NCBI RefSeq assembly: GCF_036321535.1
Contig: NC_087436.1
Coordinates: 9,114,001-9,178,000, forward strand
Direction of reading: 5' to 3'
DNA length: 64,000 nt
Source: Camelus dromedarius
Lineage: Eukaryota
A model generated the notes under the pieces. It did no database searches and was not told the DNA's origin. It saw only the letters and a list, made by a program, of their open reading frames with translations. This document shows, one piece after another, positions 13,861 to 26,530 of the stretch (within the stretch, counting starts at the first letter, position 1; each line of letters starts with the position of its first letter). The translations under genes and the position numbers were made by a program.

Positions 13861-15343
13861 AAATAAACTTTTTTTTTCCCCAGAGTTGTATCATATAATG
13901 GGAATACAAGGAAAATAAACAAAAGAGTGGAATTTGTGGAAAGGTTCACCTGTTTCCTATTCCTCCCATGTAACCACATCTGCCTGTAAATTATCCCTTA
14001 AGACTTTTCTTGGTCTCATTTTTTTCTGAGGTTGGCTTATCAAAGAAGATTTCCTTGGCATACTTTAGAAAGACATGATTGAGCAATTCCTCTCAGCACA
14101 ATCATAATTCATTCCAAGGAAATGTGCACTAACATTTATGAAAATTATTCATTTCCTAAAACCTCTTACTTTTTTGGTTTCTAACATCTATAATTTCTAA
14201 ATATTCTACCAATTGTACTTCAGTGTAAACCTTAGAAACAGGAAATGCCAGTAAATAAAAGAATTGACACTGAGAGAAAGCCCAACTGTCTCAATTTGAC
14301 TTGATGAAAAAGCAAGGTGATGTTGGAGAGGTACGTTCTGAGTATAAAAATAAAAATGAGCAACACATGAGTTTTTACATATAACATTGGTTTATAAGAA
14401 ATCAGTAGCTAAGAAGGATATCAGGGCTCAAACTCAATTTCCCTACCCCCCGGTTTCACTACTTCTTTTATTTATACTGTGCTTAAAACATATCTAAACT
14501 GAACCAAAACAATTAAATTAGCATCTTTCGATGTTAGATTTTTTAACCCCAGAATTAGGTGAGGCTTGGCATCAGTTTTGATGAACTGGCATGGTTACTT
14601 TAGATATTATATATGCCATGAGGATATTGTAATATCAATATCCACAGCAAGTGATCAAGGAAGCTTTGGTGCAAAGGAATCTTAATAGATGGAGGAAATA
14701 TGCAGGAGTCTTAAGTCAAATAGCTGGTCTTTATAATTTTTTTTCAATAATGTCAGTTTAATTGACATTAGTTCAACAGACTAAATGATGCACAGTTAAT
14801 AAGGAATATCTAATCAGAGCTCACGATATTACTTTCACCTCTAAATAATCAAACTGCAAGTGTTTATTTATTAAAGTAAATAGTTTTTTCCCAACACTAC
14901 ATACAGAGGACAAGGATAAAACCTTACTAAGAGAATTCCAATTATAATTATTCTTCCAAAATGCAGAGATACAATATACTTAAAATGTTGAAATGAAATA
15001 TATAATAAATTATTTATAATGGAAGATAACTTTGTTCTTAAATTTATTAAGAATCTATAAGGGAAAATCTCTTAAATTAAGAAATGAATTCAAAAGTAAT
15101 TATTCATTTTTTTACTACTAATTCAATAAATAAATATATGACATGATTTTGTGTCTAAATATTAATTTAGTTCTATAAGCAGAGCTGTTTTATAGTTATA
15201 TAATATAGGTACCCCTCAGTGAAAATGATTTTACCAGTGCAATTGCATTTTGACACAACAGCAAACACTTGCTATGGGTAATGTAATACAGATGGAATCT
15301 AAGATCCAGTTACAACATAGTTGGCATGTTTAAGTTTAGAATG

Positions 15344-15890
15344 TGTGATGGTTAGTTTTATGTTTCAACTTACTGGGCCAAGGGGTGCTCAGATATTCAG
15401 TCCGACATTATTCTGGGTGTTTCCATAAGGGTGTTTTTGGGGGAAAAGCATTTAAATAGGTAGAGTCACTAAAGCAGACTGCTCTGTAGTGTGGGTGGGC
15501 CTCATCCAATCAGTTGAAGGGCTGACTAGAACAAAAAAGTTGACTGTCTTCAGAAGAGAGAATTTCTCCGGCTTGAGTCTCTTAAATCTGGGACTTTTTG
15601 TTTTAATTGCCTTTGGACTTGAACTGCAACCCTGACTCTCCTTGGTTCTCAAACCTGCCAGCATCCAGGCTGAAAGTACACCACCAGACCTCCTGGTTCT
15701 CAGACCTTCAGGCTCTGATCGGAACAACACCATCAGCTCTCCTGAGCCTCCAGTTTGCTGACTCACCCTGCAGATCTTGGTTCTTACCAGCCTCCATAAC
15801 TGTATAAGCCAATTCCTTGTAAGAAATCTCTTTCAAAAATACATGTACATCCTATTGCTTCTGTTTCTCTGGAGAAACCTGACTAATACA
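15344..15890 (+). mobile_element. ERVL MLT2 solo LTR, complete
   Basis: tgtgatggtt...ctgactaataca termini with 5-bp TSD GAATG (15339-15343 and 15891-15895). Confidence 0.93.
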
Positions 15891-17029
15891 GAATGTAAAA
15901 AATGAGTTGTTAATGAGTTGCTGCTGTTAATCACTATATCATTGTGTGTCTGTTTTATGATATAAACTCAATATCATGGTATTATTTTGAATTAAAAAAT
16001 AACTTCTTTTACATTGACCATTTTAGGAAACTCATTTTTTTCTTTTTTCTTTGTTTCTTTTAGTAAATTATCTGATTGATTACACTGAAAACATCACAGT
16101 AAAGGTCTTTATATGAAGGTAAACTGTGAGCTATTTATTTGTGCTATGTCTTTGATCTTTGCAAAAAGAAAAAAACTCTACATCAAGAAATATCTCAAGC
16201 AGCAGCAAAACGTAAGACCTAAACAGTTGTACTTTGAAAATTTTCTTCGGATTAAGAAGTCTATATTGGACTACAGTCGCAAGTGTAAAATAATGGATAT
16301 TTGTTTGTATTGTAGTTTACTTTGGTGAATTAATTTTGTTTGGGATAATAGTGGGTAAAATTACAGGGAAATTAATGGTTGTAAAATTAAAAAAAAATAC
16401 TATACTTATTTCACTTTCCCTGTTTATAATATTGAAAATTCTTACTTTACTCCTTTCCACAGAAATAAGGTGGGAAAGATCAGGCAATGTTTTCAGTTTT
16501 TACAAGTTTTGCCAAAGAAAAACAGATACTATCTTTAGAGAATTTTGAGATTCCTGAGCTAATGAACTTTAAAAGTAAAATTGAACAATGCATTTTATAT
16601 TTTTAGCTGCTCAACGACAAGTCTTATATTCTAAAATTTACCTTTTTCACTTGCATTTCTACATCTCTCAGTTGTTCCCTGCTTAGGAAAACTCTTACTC
16701 TACCAAAAAAAAAAAAAGAAAAAAAAAGAAAAGAAATTAGGTTAGCAGCACATTAGCCCTTCAAAAAGTCAGGTGAATTACGCACAGCGCCTTCACAATT
16801 TTAGGTGATTCTAAATTGTTGCCTTTGGTGAACTCCAGTAATTCCCCAGGCACAATATTCTGCTCACCACTTAGTAATTTACAGATTTACTATTTTCTTT
16901 TACCTAAGAAGACTGAAAAACCTTTTTTTCCTGCCAGCTACACTTAATTGTTTTTTACAATCATGTAGTTACAGTTTCCTTTGAATATTTATTATTGTTT
17001 AAGTGATGGTATGCTTTTCTGTGTATATG

Positions 17030-17193
17030 TATATTCATTGACATACAGTCAGTTTGCAATGTTGTGTCAGTTTCTGGTGTACAGCATAGTGATTCAGTCA
17101 TACATACATATACTTGTTTTCATATTCTTTTTCACTGTAAGGTACTGCAAGATATTGAATATAGTTCCCTGTGCTATACAGTATAAACTTGTT

Positions 17194-17196
<3 letters not shown>
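17030..17196 (-). mobile_element. L1 3' UTR fragment (camelid/cetartiodactyl type)
   Basis: caatgttgtgtcagtttctggtgtacagcatagtgattcagt...atagttccctgtgctatacag. Confidence 0.85.

Positions 17197-17236
<40 letters not shown>
17197..17236. repeat. (TA)20 microsatellite
   Basis: Perfect dinucleotide run. Confidence 0.97.
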
Positions 17237-17240
<4 letters not shown>

Positions 17241-17254
17241 TTAGTGATAGTATT

Positions 17255-17660
17255 TTTTTTAACATTTTTTAATGATTTATAATCATTTTACAATGTTGTG
17301 TCAAATTCCAGTGTTCAGCACAATTTTTCAGTTATTCATGGACATATACACGCTCATTGTCACATTTTTTTCTCTGTGAGTTATCATAACATTTTGTGTA
17401 TATTTCTCTGTGCTATACAGTGTAGTCTATTCTACAGTTTTGAAATCCCAGTCTATCCCTTCCCACCCTCCACCCCCCTGGTAACCACAAGTCTGTATTC
17501 TCTGTCTGTGAGTCTATCTCTGTCCTTTATTTAGCTTTGTTTTTGTTTGTTTGTTTGTTTTTGTTTTTGTTTTTTTAGATTCCACATATGAGCGATCTCA
17601 TATGGTATTTTTCTTTCTCTTTCTGGCTTACTTCACTTAGAATGACATTCTCCAGGAGCA
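17255..17660 (-). mobile_element. Young 5'-truncated L1 with TSD
   Basis: Poly-T tail, L1 3'UTR, end of ORF2 (ttctggcttacttcacttagaatgacattctcc), and TSD TGATAGTATT at 17245-17254 and 17661-17670. Confidence 0.92.
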
Positions 17661-18457
17661 TGATAGTATTCTTAATAATGCTGGCTAAATTTTCTTTATT
17701 TTTAGTTTGAGTCTTTTGTTATTTCCTGTATTTTTCCATATATATATTACAACTATAACCAACAGTTTTTTTTCAGTAAGACTGCAAATTTCAATATAGA
17801 ATACTGAAGACACTATGTTCTAGGGGCTTAATGAATATATGTTGAATTGACATCATACATATAATTTTAATTATTAAAATACTAAATCCATAAAGCATAA
17901 CGGACTGATGTAGCTCTCCTACTAGGCACCTCTTTGCATAACTGTTGGAGTCATTGTCTATTTTACCATTATATGAGCTTCCTATAAACAAATCCCATAT
18001 ATTTTTTCTTTTATCTTTTTATTCATGGCAAAATCACCAGCGTCAGAGATAAACAAACATAGCAATTTAATAAAATGAAGTCATTATTTTCATCTTTAGA
18101 TATATAGGAATTTATCTCATTAGGACATTTACAGGGAATTCATATTCCAAATAACAGTTTTGTATAGCCTGGTCACCATCTTCCCTTAATTTGCCCCATG
18201 TCTCTGTGAAAATGGTCCGAAGCTGGTAAGAGAGTTTTGCTGGAGACTGACATAAAATAACCTAGTAATAAAATGAAGAAAACATCTTTAAGGAGAGAGC
18301 TAGGGGGCAAACTACTAATTTCTCATCAGATTAAAATTGAGTGTCTATAAATAAGTAAGAGGAAGGAAATATGCCAGGCAATGCTAAGTACTGTGAAATG
18401 ATTACAAAAAGGATAATTTGGTTCCTAGCTTCAGAAATCTGTTAGAAATACACACAA

Positions 18458-18459
<2 letters not shown>

Positions 18460-18496
<37 letters not shown>
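18460..18496. repeat. (CA)n microsatellite
   Basis: Read directly. Confidence 0.97.
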
Positions 18497-18501
<5 letters not shown>

Positions 18502-19109
18502 TCCTTCCAAGAACGCCTAGAAATTCTGGATAAATATAACAAATTTTCACTCAAATGCATACCTGAGCTTTCAAGAAATAGAGAAATAAAGGTACTAGAA
18601 ACGCATAGGAAAGTGAAAAATCAAATTGCAAGAGTCAAAACGAATACTGCACATTCCATAAACTACTGATATAGCCATTCTGGGTTTTGAAAGATGTCGT
18701 CCACATGAAGCAGGAGATGAAGCCTTGGGCTTCCAACAACTGCCTTATATCTGTAATGATTGCAAAAAACATCTGCACCTTCAGTGGGGCTCTGCCCTTA
18801 ATGAAAATCTGAACTAGGTAGAAAATAAAAATATAGAGCATTAGAGCAAGAAGAAAACAAGGCAACAATCTCTGATTTATTTCTGGGGAATTGGGGAAAT
18901 CTCTGCAAATATAAATTATAACCATGAGCCCACCAGGGCAGGTTTTATATATGTAATGCTTGTGCCATAGGAAAACCTCAGGCAAGTTATTAACATAACT
19001 TTGGGCCCTGGCTGCCTATATCACTAAGTCAAATCAAAAGCAAAAGCTTTCCAGAGAGACACGAGCCAGGAAATACCCTACAGGTATCTCTCAACCTCCT
19101 GATCTTTCT

Positions 19110-19500
19110 GTGTTGTCTCTGTGCTGCTGGTTGGATAGACAGAAGATGCAAAATTTCTCTTTCCCACACTTCCTTTTTCACGTGGGTGTGGATGTAAGTT
19201 GGCTGTTCCCAGTTAGATGCACTTGCATCAGATCTGGACCACAATCGTTGAGGCAGAGGCCTTCTTCCTGATGCTGTTGCTAACAGAAAGCAAGGTGGTG
19301 ATGACAGTGAGTGTTGGACACAGCTGAGATGGCAGGAATTAGTGTTCCGCCATCTAGCTGTCATTGTCATGAGGATCTGAGGCAGGAGCAAGGGACAGAT
19401 GCATGGAGCCTCGCAGATCCATGCTCCAGGGCGTGGCCATCACATTCACAGGTATGAGGGTCAGCTATAGCGCCAGCACCGATAGCTTCCTGATGTCAAG
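19110..19500. mobile_element. Probable old ERVL-class LTR (LTR16/33/41-like)
   Basis: GC-richer block with ttcccagttagatgcac...gaggcagaggccttcttcctg, recalled from this LTR group. Ends not resolved. Confidence 0.4.
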
Positions 19501-19854
19501 AACTGTGAAGGATCTGAGAATTTACACGACTTGCACTCTAACCAGTTACTCCACTCCAGTGTTAGGGATGCAGGCAGAAGACACCAAGAGTTCACAGGCA
19601 AATGACTTTATCACTAACAGCATAAGCAGAAAGTAGGAGCCATGTGCTGGGTCCTCTTCCTGCTCAGTTACCACTAGGTCGATGTAGAGACACTCACATG
19701 TTCACTGCACATCCTCCTTAGATGCAAGCACATGTGGAGACTGGTTAATAACAGGGTTACAAAGGTTGGCATCATGGCTGAATTAGTGCAGTGAGTATCA
19801 TATCCGTTTGTATTCCACAATTAGTGGAATTTAGTGTGTCTTCTTCTGGGCACA

Positions 19855-20080
19855 TGGATTGGGGTTAACAGACACACACTACTGAATATAAAATAGGTAA
19901 ACAATAAGGACCTGCTGTAGAGCACAGGGAACTAGATTCAGTTTCTTGTAATAACATATAATGGAAAAGAATCTGATAAAAACATTTGTATCTATACTTA
20001 TAACTGAAATGCTTTGCTGTACACCTGAAACTAATATTGAAAATCAACTACCCTTGAATAAAAAACAAAATTAAAAAAAA
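19855..20080 (+). mobile_element. Cetartiodactyl-type L1 3' end
   Basis: ggacctgctgtagagcacagggaacta...gctgtacacctgaaactaa followed by an A-rich tail. Confidence 0.88.
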
Positions 20081-21732
20081 TAGATAGTTGCATTACACAA
20101 TAGGAGAAACGACGTCTGGACATGGAGAAGTGGGGAGGGATGGACAGAGGGTCTTTAGGTATACCTGTGTTTTTTTTTTCTTTTTCTTTTTTATTTTACC
20201 AAAAGAAATATGAAACCAATCTTGAATCTCTCATTATATGGTTATGAGCTCATGAGTTTGTTTATCTTATATATTTTTATATACTGCTTTAGGTATTTAA
20301 AAGTTTAAAAAATTCAATAAAATTAAAAATACAATAATGTATTCATGTTTACTTGTCCTTAAATTTTCATGTGTAAACATTTCAATATGGTGATAATTAC
20401 CCTTTAATTAGCAAGTTCTTCAAGACAGGAGCAGGACAATCTCAAAGCATTTTAGTGTCCAAAGAGACAATGATAAACATGAGAACTGGAGCAGGAATTA
20501 GGAAGGTTTGATTCATTTAAGGAAAATAAAGGAACAAAAGAAAAAATTACCTAAGAAGAACATGCAACATAATCAAATTGGGACTAATTTTTAAGACACA
20601 AAATTGCACTTTGGATTTGAGGTAATGCTAGTGTGTGGTATAAACAAGAAACTATTGTCAGTTTTCCCTAAAACAAATCCATTAGATTTGTTGAAGAGAT
20701 AAAGCATAGGGTACACACTTTAGGACAACGATAATTAAGGGACTGTAGCAGGCCAAAGATAAAATACCATCTTGATGGGAAAAGGAAGGCGTATATTCCT
20801 AGAGGGATCATAACTTTTTCCAAAAGTAAGATGACAGAAATTGCAGACAGAAAAACTATACCCCCTCCCTAGAACGCTGTATTTTGTCCTGCTCCACGTG
20901 AACTTTTAAGTAGTCTGTCTTTTTTTATCACTAGCTGAAAAACATCTCTTGAAACAACATAGTACTGAGATTATATGTGTCTGAGTTCCCTAAGCCCCTT
21001 CAGATATGATTCATTTTAATCAGTTTTAAGGGTAATTTTACTCCCATTTTTATTCTATTTATTTTTCTATGAAAAAATTTGTAAGGATCTTTTTTTTCCT
21101 GACTTAATTTATTTAATGCGTATCCTGAAACTGACATGAATAATTAAATCTCAGGCTGCAGGGCATAAGCCGATTGCTAGAGGGTTTTAAGGAGCTATTT
21201 CCCTCTGTGCACAATACTGTGTAATGACAAATTAAAAGAGAGGGGGCGGGGGAAGAGTTTGCTGTTCATTACTGCATCACTGGTACTGAAGTAAGGCAGT
21301 AAGGTACTGAATTTTCCAATCTGGAAAATTCTGCAGCTGAGGTTCATTCTAGACATTTTCGTAAAGTACTACAAAGTGTACTCTTTATAAATGTACCAAA
21401 GACTAGCATTTTCCTTTAAATGAATTACAAAATCGTGGTTCAAAGTTTTACTAATTTTCTAGTGGGACATGAGTCACCTCATTATCTTGTCTCCAAATCA
21501 TTGCTTTTTATCTTAATTAGAGTATCAATAATTTGAAACTGAATCTGAACAAAATCCCCCATGCTTCCAAATTTGCTAATTTTTTTTGCTATTAAAGTTT
21601 TTAATGTGAATTTGACAAACTGTGCAGTAGATTCAATACAGGGCCTTCTAAACACAGCTTTCAAATCCTAAATAAATTGACTAAAAAGAACTTAGGATAT
21701 TTCAATTGGCTTCATTTAGAAGCATTGCTGTG

Positions 21733-22055
21733 GCTAACATTTGTAAATCTCAAACTCCCAAATTCACAAATGTTGGCCACTATATATAAAAATAGATTTA
21801 AAAAATTTTCTGTATAGCACAGGTTAACTATGTTCAATATCTTATAATAACCTTTAATGAAATAGAATATGAAAAGGAATATATGTATGTATATGCATGA
21901 CTGGGACATTGTGCTGTACACCAGAAATTGACGCATTGTAACTGTATTTCAATAAGAGAAAAAAAAAAAAAAAGAAAAGAAAATACCCAAGGGCAGAGGT
22001 CAGCAAGTACCGATTTACAAAACAAAGCAAAACAAAAATAAAATAAAATAAATAA
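21733..22055 (+). mobile_element. Short L1 insertion with inverted 5' segment and 3' transduction
   Basis: TSD AAGCATTGCTGTG at 21720-21732 and 22056-22068. Inverted L1 piece to 21760, forward L1 3'UTR to poly-A (ends 21983), 33-nt extra segment, then a second A-rich tail. Confidence 0.88.
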
Positions 22056-25000
22056 AAGCATTGCTGTGACCAAGCATTAATAAGCCTTGGTGTTTTAGAC
22101 AATATTATTTTGTACAAATTATATCCATAGGATTTTTTTTTCCAAAATAAGAATTGAAATCCCAAGCTCAAAATATATTATTAGATTGATTTAGCTGAAA
22201 AGTGAATTTTAGCAAAAACGCTTTTAATGTCTGCCCTCTAAATAATCTTCACCGTAGGAAGCATTCTAATTTTTCAAAGATGAATATTTCATTGTTCATC
22301 CTTTAATGCCTGCATCTCAAGGTTTAGCAGCTTTGGAGTTTATACAAAATGAGGGTTTTCCTGGGTCAGTGGCACCCAGCGGCATTTAACAGGCAAGTCT
22401 CAGAGTCCATCACAACCGACACCATATAACGGACCACAGTGGAGCCGGGAGTTCAAAGGGCCCCTGGGAGAGGACCTTCTGCTAATGCAGCGGACCGCAG
22501 GCAGGCATCGGTGAGAACGATTTAACTCACATTTATTTCCAGCCTGGCGTCTGTTTTGTCAAAGGCCAACCTGTAAATTGATTCGTTCCATCAGTGGGCA
22601 GAACCCAGATAAATCAAACAAGATAAGATGGGAAAGGAACCCCACCCAGCCTTTCCTCTCGGTCCTCCAAACAAGAGACAGCACACGTCTGGGTGGGAAG
22701 CCAAGCTCAGACTTGTCTCGGTTGAGTCAGACTCATCTTTTATTTCTAAGGAGGCCACTGAAAACATATGCCATTTATTATTTAACAACCTGGTAGAGTC
22801 AATATAACGATTTGCTGAACAGGGGCTCATTCTAGTGTGGCATCTTATCCGTAGACACCGTCAACTAGAAAGAAGGTAAATGATATGAAAATAGAACCAG
22901 AATGTAAATGGAATCGGCTTTTTAAAAAAATACAGCATGTTGGAAGGTGGTCTCTGAAATTTTATCCGTGATTAGCCTCAGGGCACTGTCAATGTAGGCG
23001 CCAGATGCCAACTTTAATTTTCTTTTCTCTCTTTCCTTTAATACTTAATGGATTTAATGTGTTCTTAACTCAACCATTATCAAAACACATGCTTTAGCTA
23101 CCTGATTTCACAAGGCACCAGGCTGAATCCAAAACTTCTGTAACAGAGATTAGGGGAAATATGCTCATATTTTTTTCCTTCCTTGACATCATTTCCACCG
23201 CACATATTACTGCCTTTGACTTACCACCTTGTTTTTGCTATGCTTTCTCAAGCTTCAATTTTGATAATGGATGTTGCTTTCTCAATTAAGTCCCGACCTG
23301 GTATTCCACTGTCAACATTAACGATATTTGAGTGTTCATAAAACTTTTAACAATTATTATGTTTAAGTCATTATGGCTTTTATCTCTGTGGGATGCTTTT
23401 GAAAATTGACCCAATCTCAAATATAATTCCCTTTTTACTACTTCTTTTAATGTTGAAATGGTGGCAATTTGTGTGTTTTATTCCAAATGTATTTAGCCTG
23501 GAAGGGATTATTTCCCCCTTCGGTTTTCCTGTGTCTTTCAAAATGATTATTGAGCTGATTTTTCATTTTTTTCAAAGAGTTCAAACTTTAATTCCTATGT
23601 ACTCAACAGACACCTCCATTTAGGAAAATCACAATATAATTTTAACCTTCGAAAGATGAAGTTAACATTTCAGCAATGTTCTATAATTTAAAAAATAGAA
23701 CGAAGTATGTCTGAATATTTAGTTAAATCCAAGTGTATAAATAATGCCTTAACATTACACGTTATCCTGTGTAGCAAGGTAACCATTCTTTGTATATTTT
23801 CAAGTAATGACTTGTTTCTGATAAGAAATTTATTTTTTGTATCTATAAAGGTGATTTACTTATGCACCGAATCTGAGGAAATGTAATTGTGTGATTATAT
23901 AAAATGCAGCAACTTAGAGGTTTCAGAAATCTCTTCAGATTCCCTGGGTTCTTCACCATGATGGCTACCTTATTTCTGCTCAGGGGAAATAAATCAAACT
24001 TTATTCTTTTTGAATAAGAGAATGAAAAAAAAAAGTAATTTAAATTCTGCCCAAATGAAACTCTGCAATGATCATTTCTTAGAGTAGCTGATACAAGACT
24101 ACTCCAATTATTGGAAGTTAAGTTGAACAAAAGCCTGCTTGGCTATTTATTAGTTTTTAATTTTATTTGTATTGGGGGAAAATCAAGCAAATCACAGGTC
24201 TGCTGTTCTGTTATGATTGCCATGCACAAAGGGAAGATCTTCAACTTGCTTTTGCTTTGTTTTGACTTTAATCAAGAGAATGAAACCTTGGGAAAACACT
24301 GGTAAGAAATAAAAGCTTAGAAAAATTAAAGGGGTTATAGACACAAATTATTCCTGTTTTAATCAAATTCATATTTATGGTCTAAATGAATTCCATTCTC
24401 CTCACTCTCTCCCATTACCACCCCCCCCCAAAAAAAAGTCCTCAAAACCAAAAACAGATTCATCAAATGACAGATAGAAGAATTTTAATTCGAGACAATT
24501 TTCCAAAAGCAATTACTGAGCAAAGGCTTTGGACACTTACCGGCTAAGAGTCTGATGATTAAGTAAAAATTAACCATGTACTACATTTTTTATTTTCACT
24601 TCTGAAGGTTATTACAAGGAGAGAGAGGATAGATCTTCACTTCAGTAAAGTATGGAATACATTCATAGTATCATTAAGGGGTGCTGATAGGTTGATTCTG
24701 GAACAACTAAGGGCCCTCACACCTGTTTGCATACTTGTTCACGTTTTCAATACGAACAGCTATATCAACATTCTGTAAGTTGCAGGCATTGTCCTGGTAT
24801 AGACAAAATAATATATTGATTTGACAGTAACATAAATCTAAGTGGAACAAAATGAATAAAACGGGGATTTTTATCTTTTAACAAAAATAAAGATAAGACA
24901 CTGGTTTAATTCTCAAAACCCAGAGTCCACCAAATTCACAATAAAAGAGCTTGACTTAACCACATGATAGAAAAAACATCTCTCCCACCAAAAAAAGAAA

Positions 25001-25139
25001 ACAAAAACAAAAACAAAAATTTTGATTCTAGACTGTAGATTCTAGAGTAACTAATGTGTACCATCTTTAATAGGACGGGGAAAAAAGAAAAAAAAAAGAA
25101 ACAACTAATTTATTATTAACAACTTAAGTACTTTGATAC

Positions 25140-25600
25140 AAATGTCATATCCAGAAGGAAGTTTTAGGTTAGGTTGGGGGGAAAACCACACCTAGAGAAC
25201 TGGGTTGTATTCCAGACAATGCGCTTCATGGGGAAGGGTTAAAACAGATTGCATTTAGCAAAGCAAGAAGGCAGAGGGACTTGAAACCAAGTCATAGAAA
25301 TAACAGTTAATAAAACTAAAAAAAAATTAGCTTAAGAAATAGAGAATTTCAGAGAATATGGCAGCCCTGTTCAGATATTTCCAGGGCTTCTCTGGGAAGA
25401 CTATTTGCTATTTCATGAAAAAAACAAATCACAAAGCTGAATTAGCACCAGTAAGTGAAAGCTACAAGGGAATAGATTTTTGTCAAAATAGCATGTTTTC
25501 ACGTTGCAATGAGGAGTTTCATCCACTTACAAGTGGTTGCAAGTTATGCAAAGTTACCGACTATAAGCTGAACGACTAACAGGCATTTTTGAGATTATTT
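25140..25600 (+). mobile_element. CR1/L3 LINE 3' region
   Basis: accacacctagagaactg..., ttgaaaccaagtcata..., ttagcttaagaaatagagaat..., gttcagatatttccagggct, gaaagctacaagggaatagattt are collinear with the recalled L3 consensus. Confidence 0.7.
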
Positions 25601-25809
25601 AATCACAAAAGGATAATCATCTGGTAAACTAGATTTTTAACACATTCAAAATAATAACACACTGTGATCAACTATCTTATGTTAAGAGAAGGAACAGATA
25701 TGATTTAAATTCTTATATACTTATTAGACATTTTGATTTTATTTGGAGGGAAAAAGGGAGCTATTTTGTTATGTGAAGAAAACTAGAACATTTTGAGTTA
25801 TGCTTTTGC

Positions 25810-25956
25810 CAGTAGTTCTCAAATTTTATCTTGAGCCAGAATTACCAGGAAGGCTGATTTAATAGAGCTGGATGGTATCTGAGAGTTAACATTCCTAACA
25901 AATTCCCTAAGGGTGCTGGTGGGGTCAATTCCAGAACCACACTTTCTGAACCACTG
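25810..25956. mobile_element. MER5A-like hAT-Charlie element
   Basis: Imperfect terminal inverted repeats cagtagttctcaaa ... tttctgaaccactg. Confidence 0.7.
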
Positions 25957-26057
25957 CCTAAAGGGAGTGGGTTTGTAGTAGTATTGCTAACTCTCAAGCA
26001 GGTTAAGGGCCTACTTAAACAGCAGTGCAAGCCGAGTTCCAGGTTATTGTGCAGAAT

Positions 26058-26530
26058 TGAGACAGGCTGGGACCTGGGACCTGGGACCCTGTGCTGCAGT
26101 TCTGGCACCTGGACAAATGTCTCCTGGAGCAACAAGATACAAAGAAACCATAAGGCACTAAAAATAACTGCCGGCATGCCAGTTGGGGCAAATTGTAAAC
26201 AAGATACACAAAGACCAAAACCCAAATGCCATTTCTGAGGTGTCTGGAGCAAAATCAGGGTTACTGTACATGATCCCTGCACACTCTACCACCAAGAAGG
26301 TGGGCAGAACACCAAAGCCACCCCTCTGGCTTGACCCTTGGACCCGCCTCTAACCTCACCCCATTTAAGGGGCCAGCTCCCCACCCTGGGGAGTGAGCAA
26401 GGGAACCAGTTAGCAGTTCTTGCTCCCCAGTACTGCAGCACAAGTCCCAGTAAAGCCTTGACTGAATTTCTTGCCTGGCCTCTTATCAATGTCCATTGAT
26501 TAAGAAGTCAAAGAACCCTGGTGGGGAACA
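26058..26530 (+). mobile_element. ERV1-class solo LTR
   Basis: TGAGA...GAACA termini, 4-bp TSD GAAT (26054-26057 and 26531-26534), TATA-like tttaa and poly-A-signal-like agtaaa in the 3' half. Confidence 0.88.

Noticed and set aside
12384..15890. Two same-orientation MLT2 LTRs 3 kb apart as a possible ERVL provirus
   Set aside because: The second LTR has its own 5-bp TSD (GAATG), the two copies are quite diverged, and the interval is L1 and unique DNA without gag/pol traces.
18635..19391. 116-aa and 120-aa minus-strand ORFs
   Set aside because: Overlap probable old repeat remnants, with no recognisable domain or exon structure.
25842..26282. 146-aa ORF, the longest in the track
   Set aside because: Spans a MER5 element, unique DNA and the antisense strand of an LTR. 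No protein resemblance.
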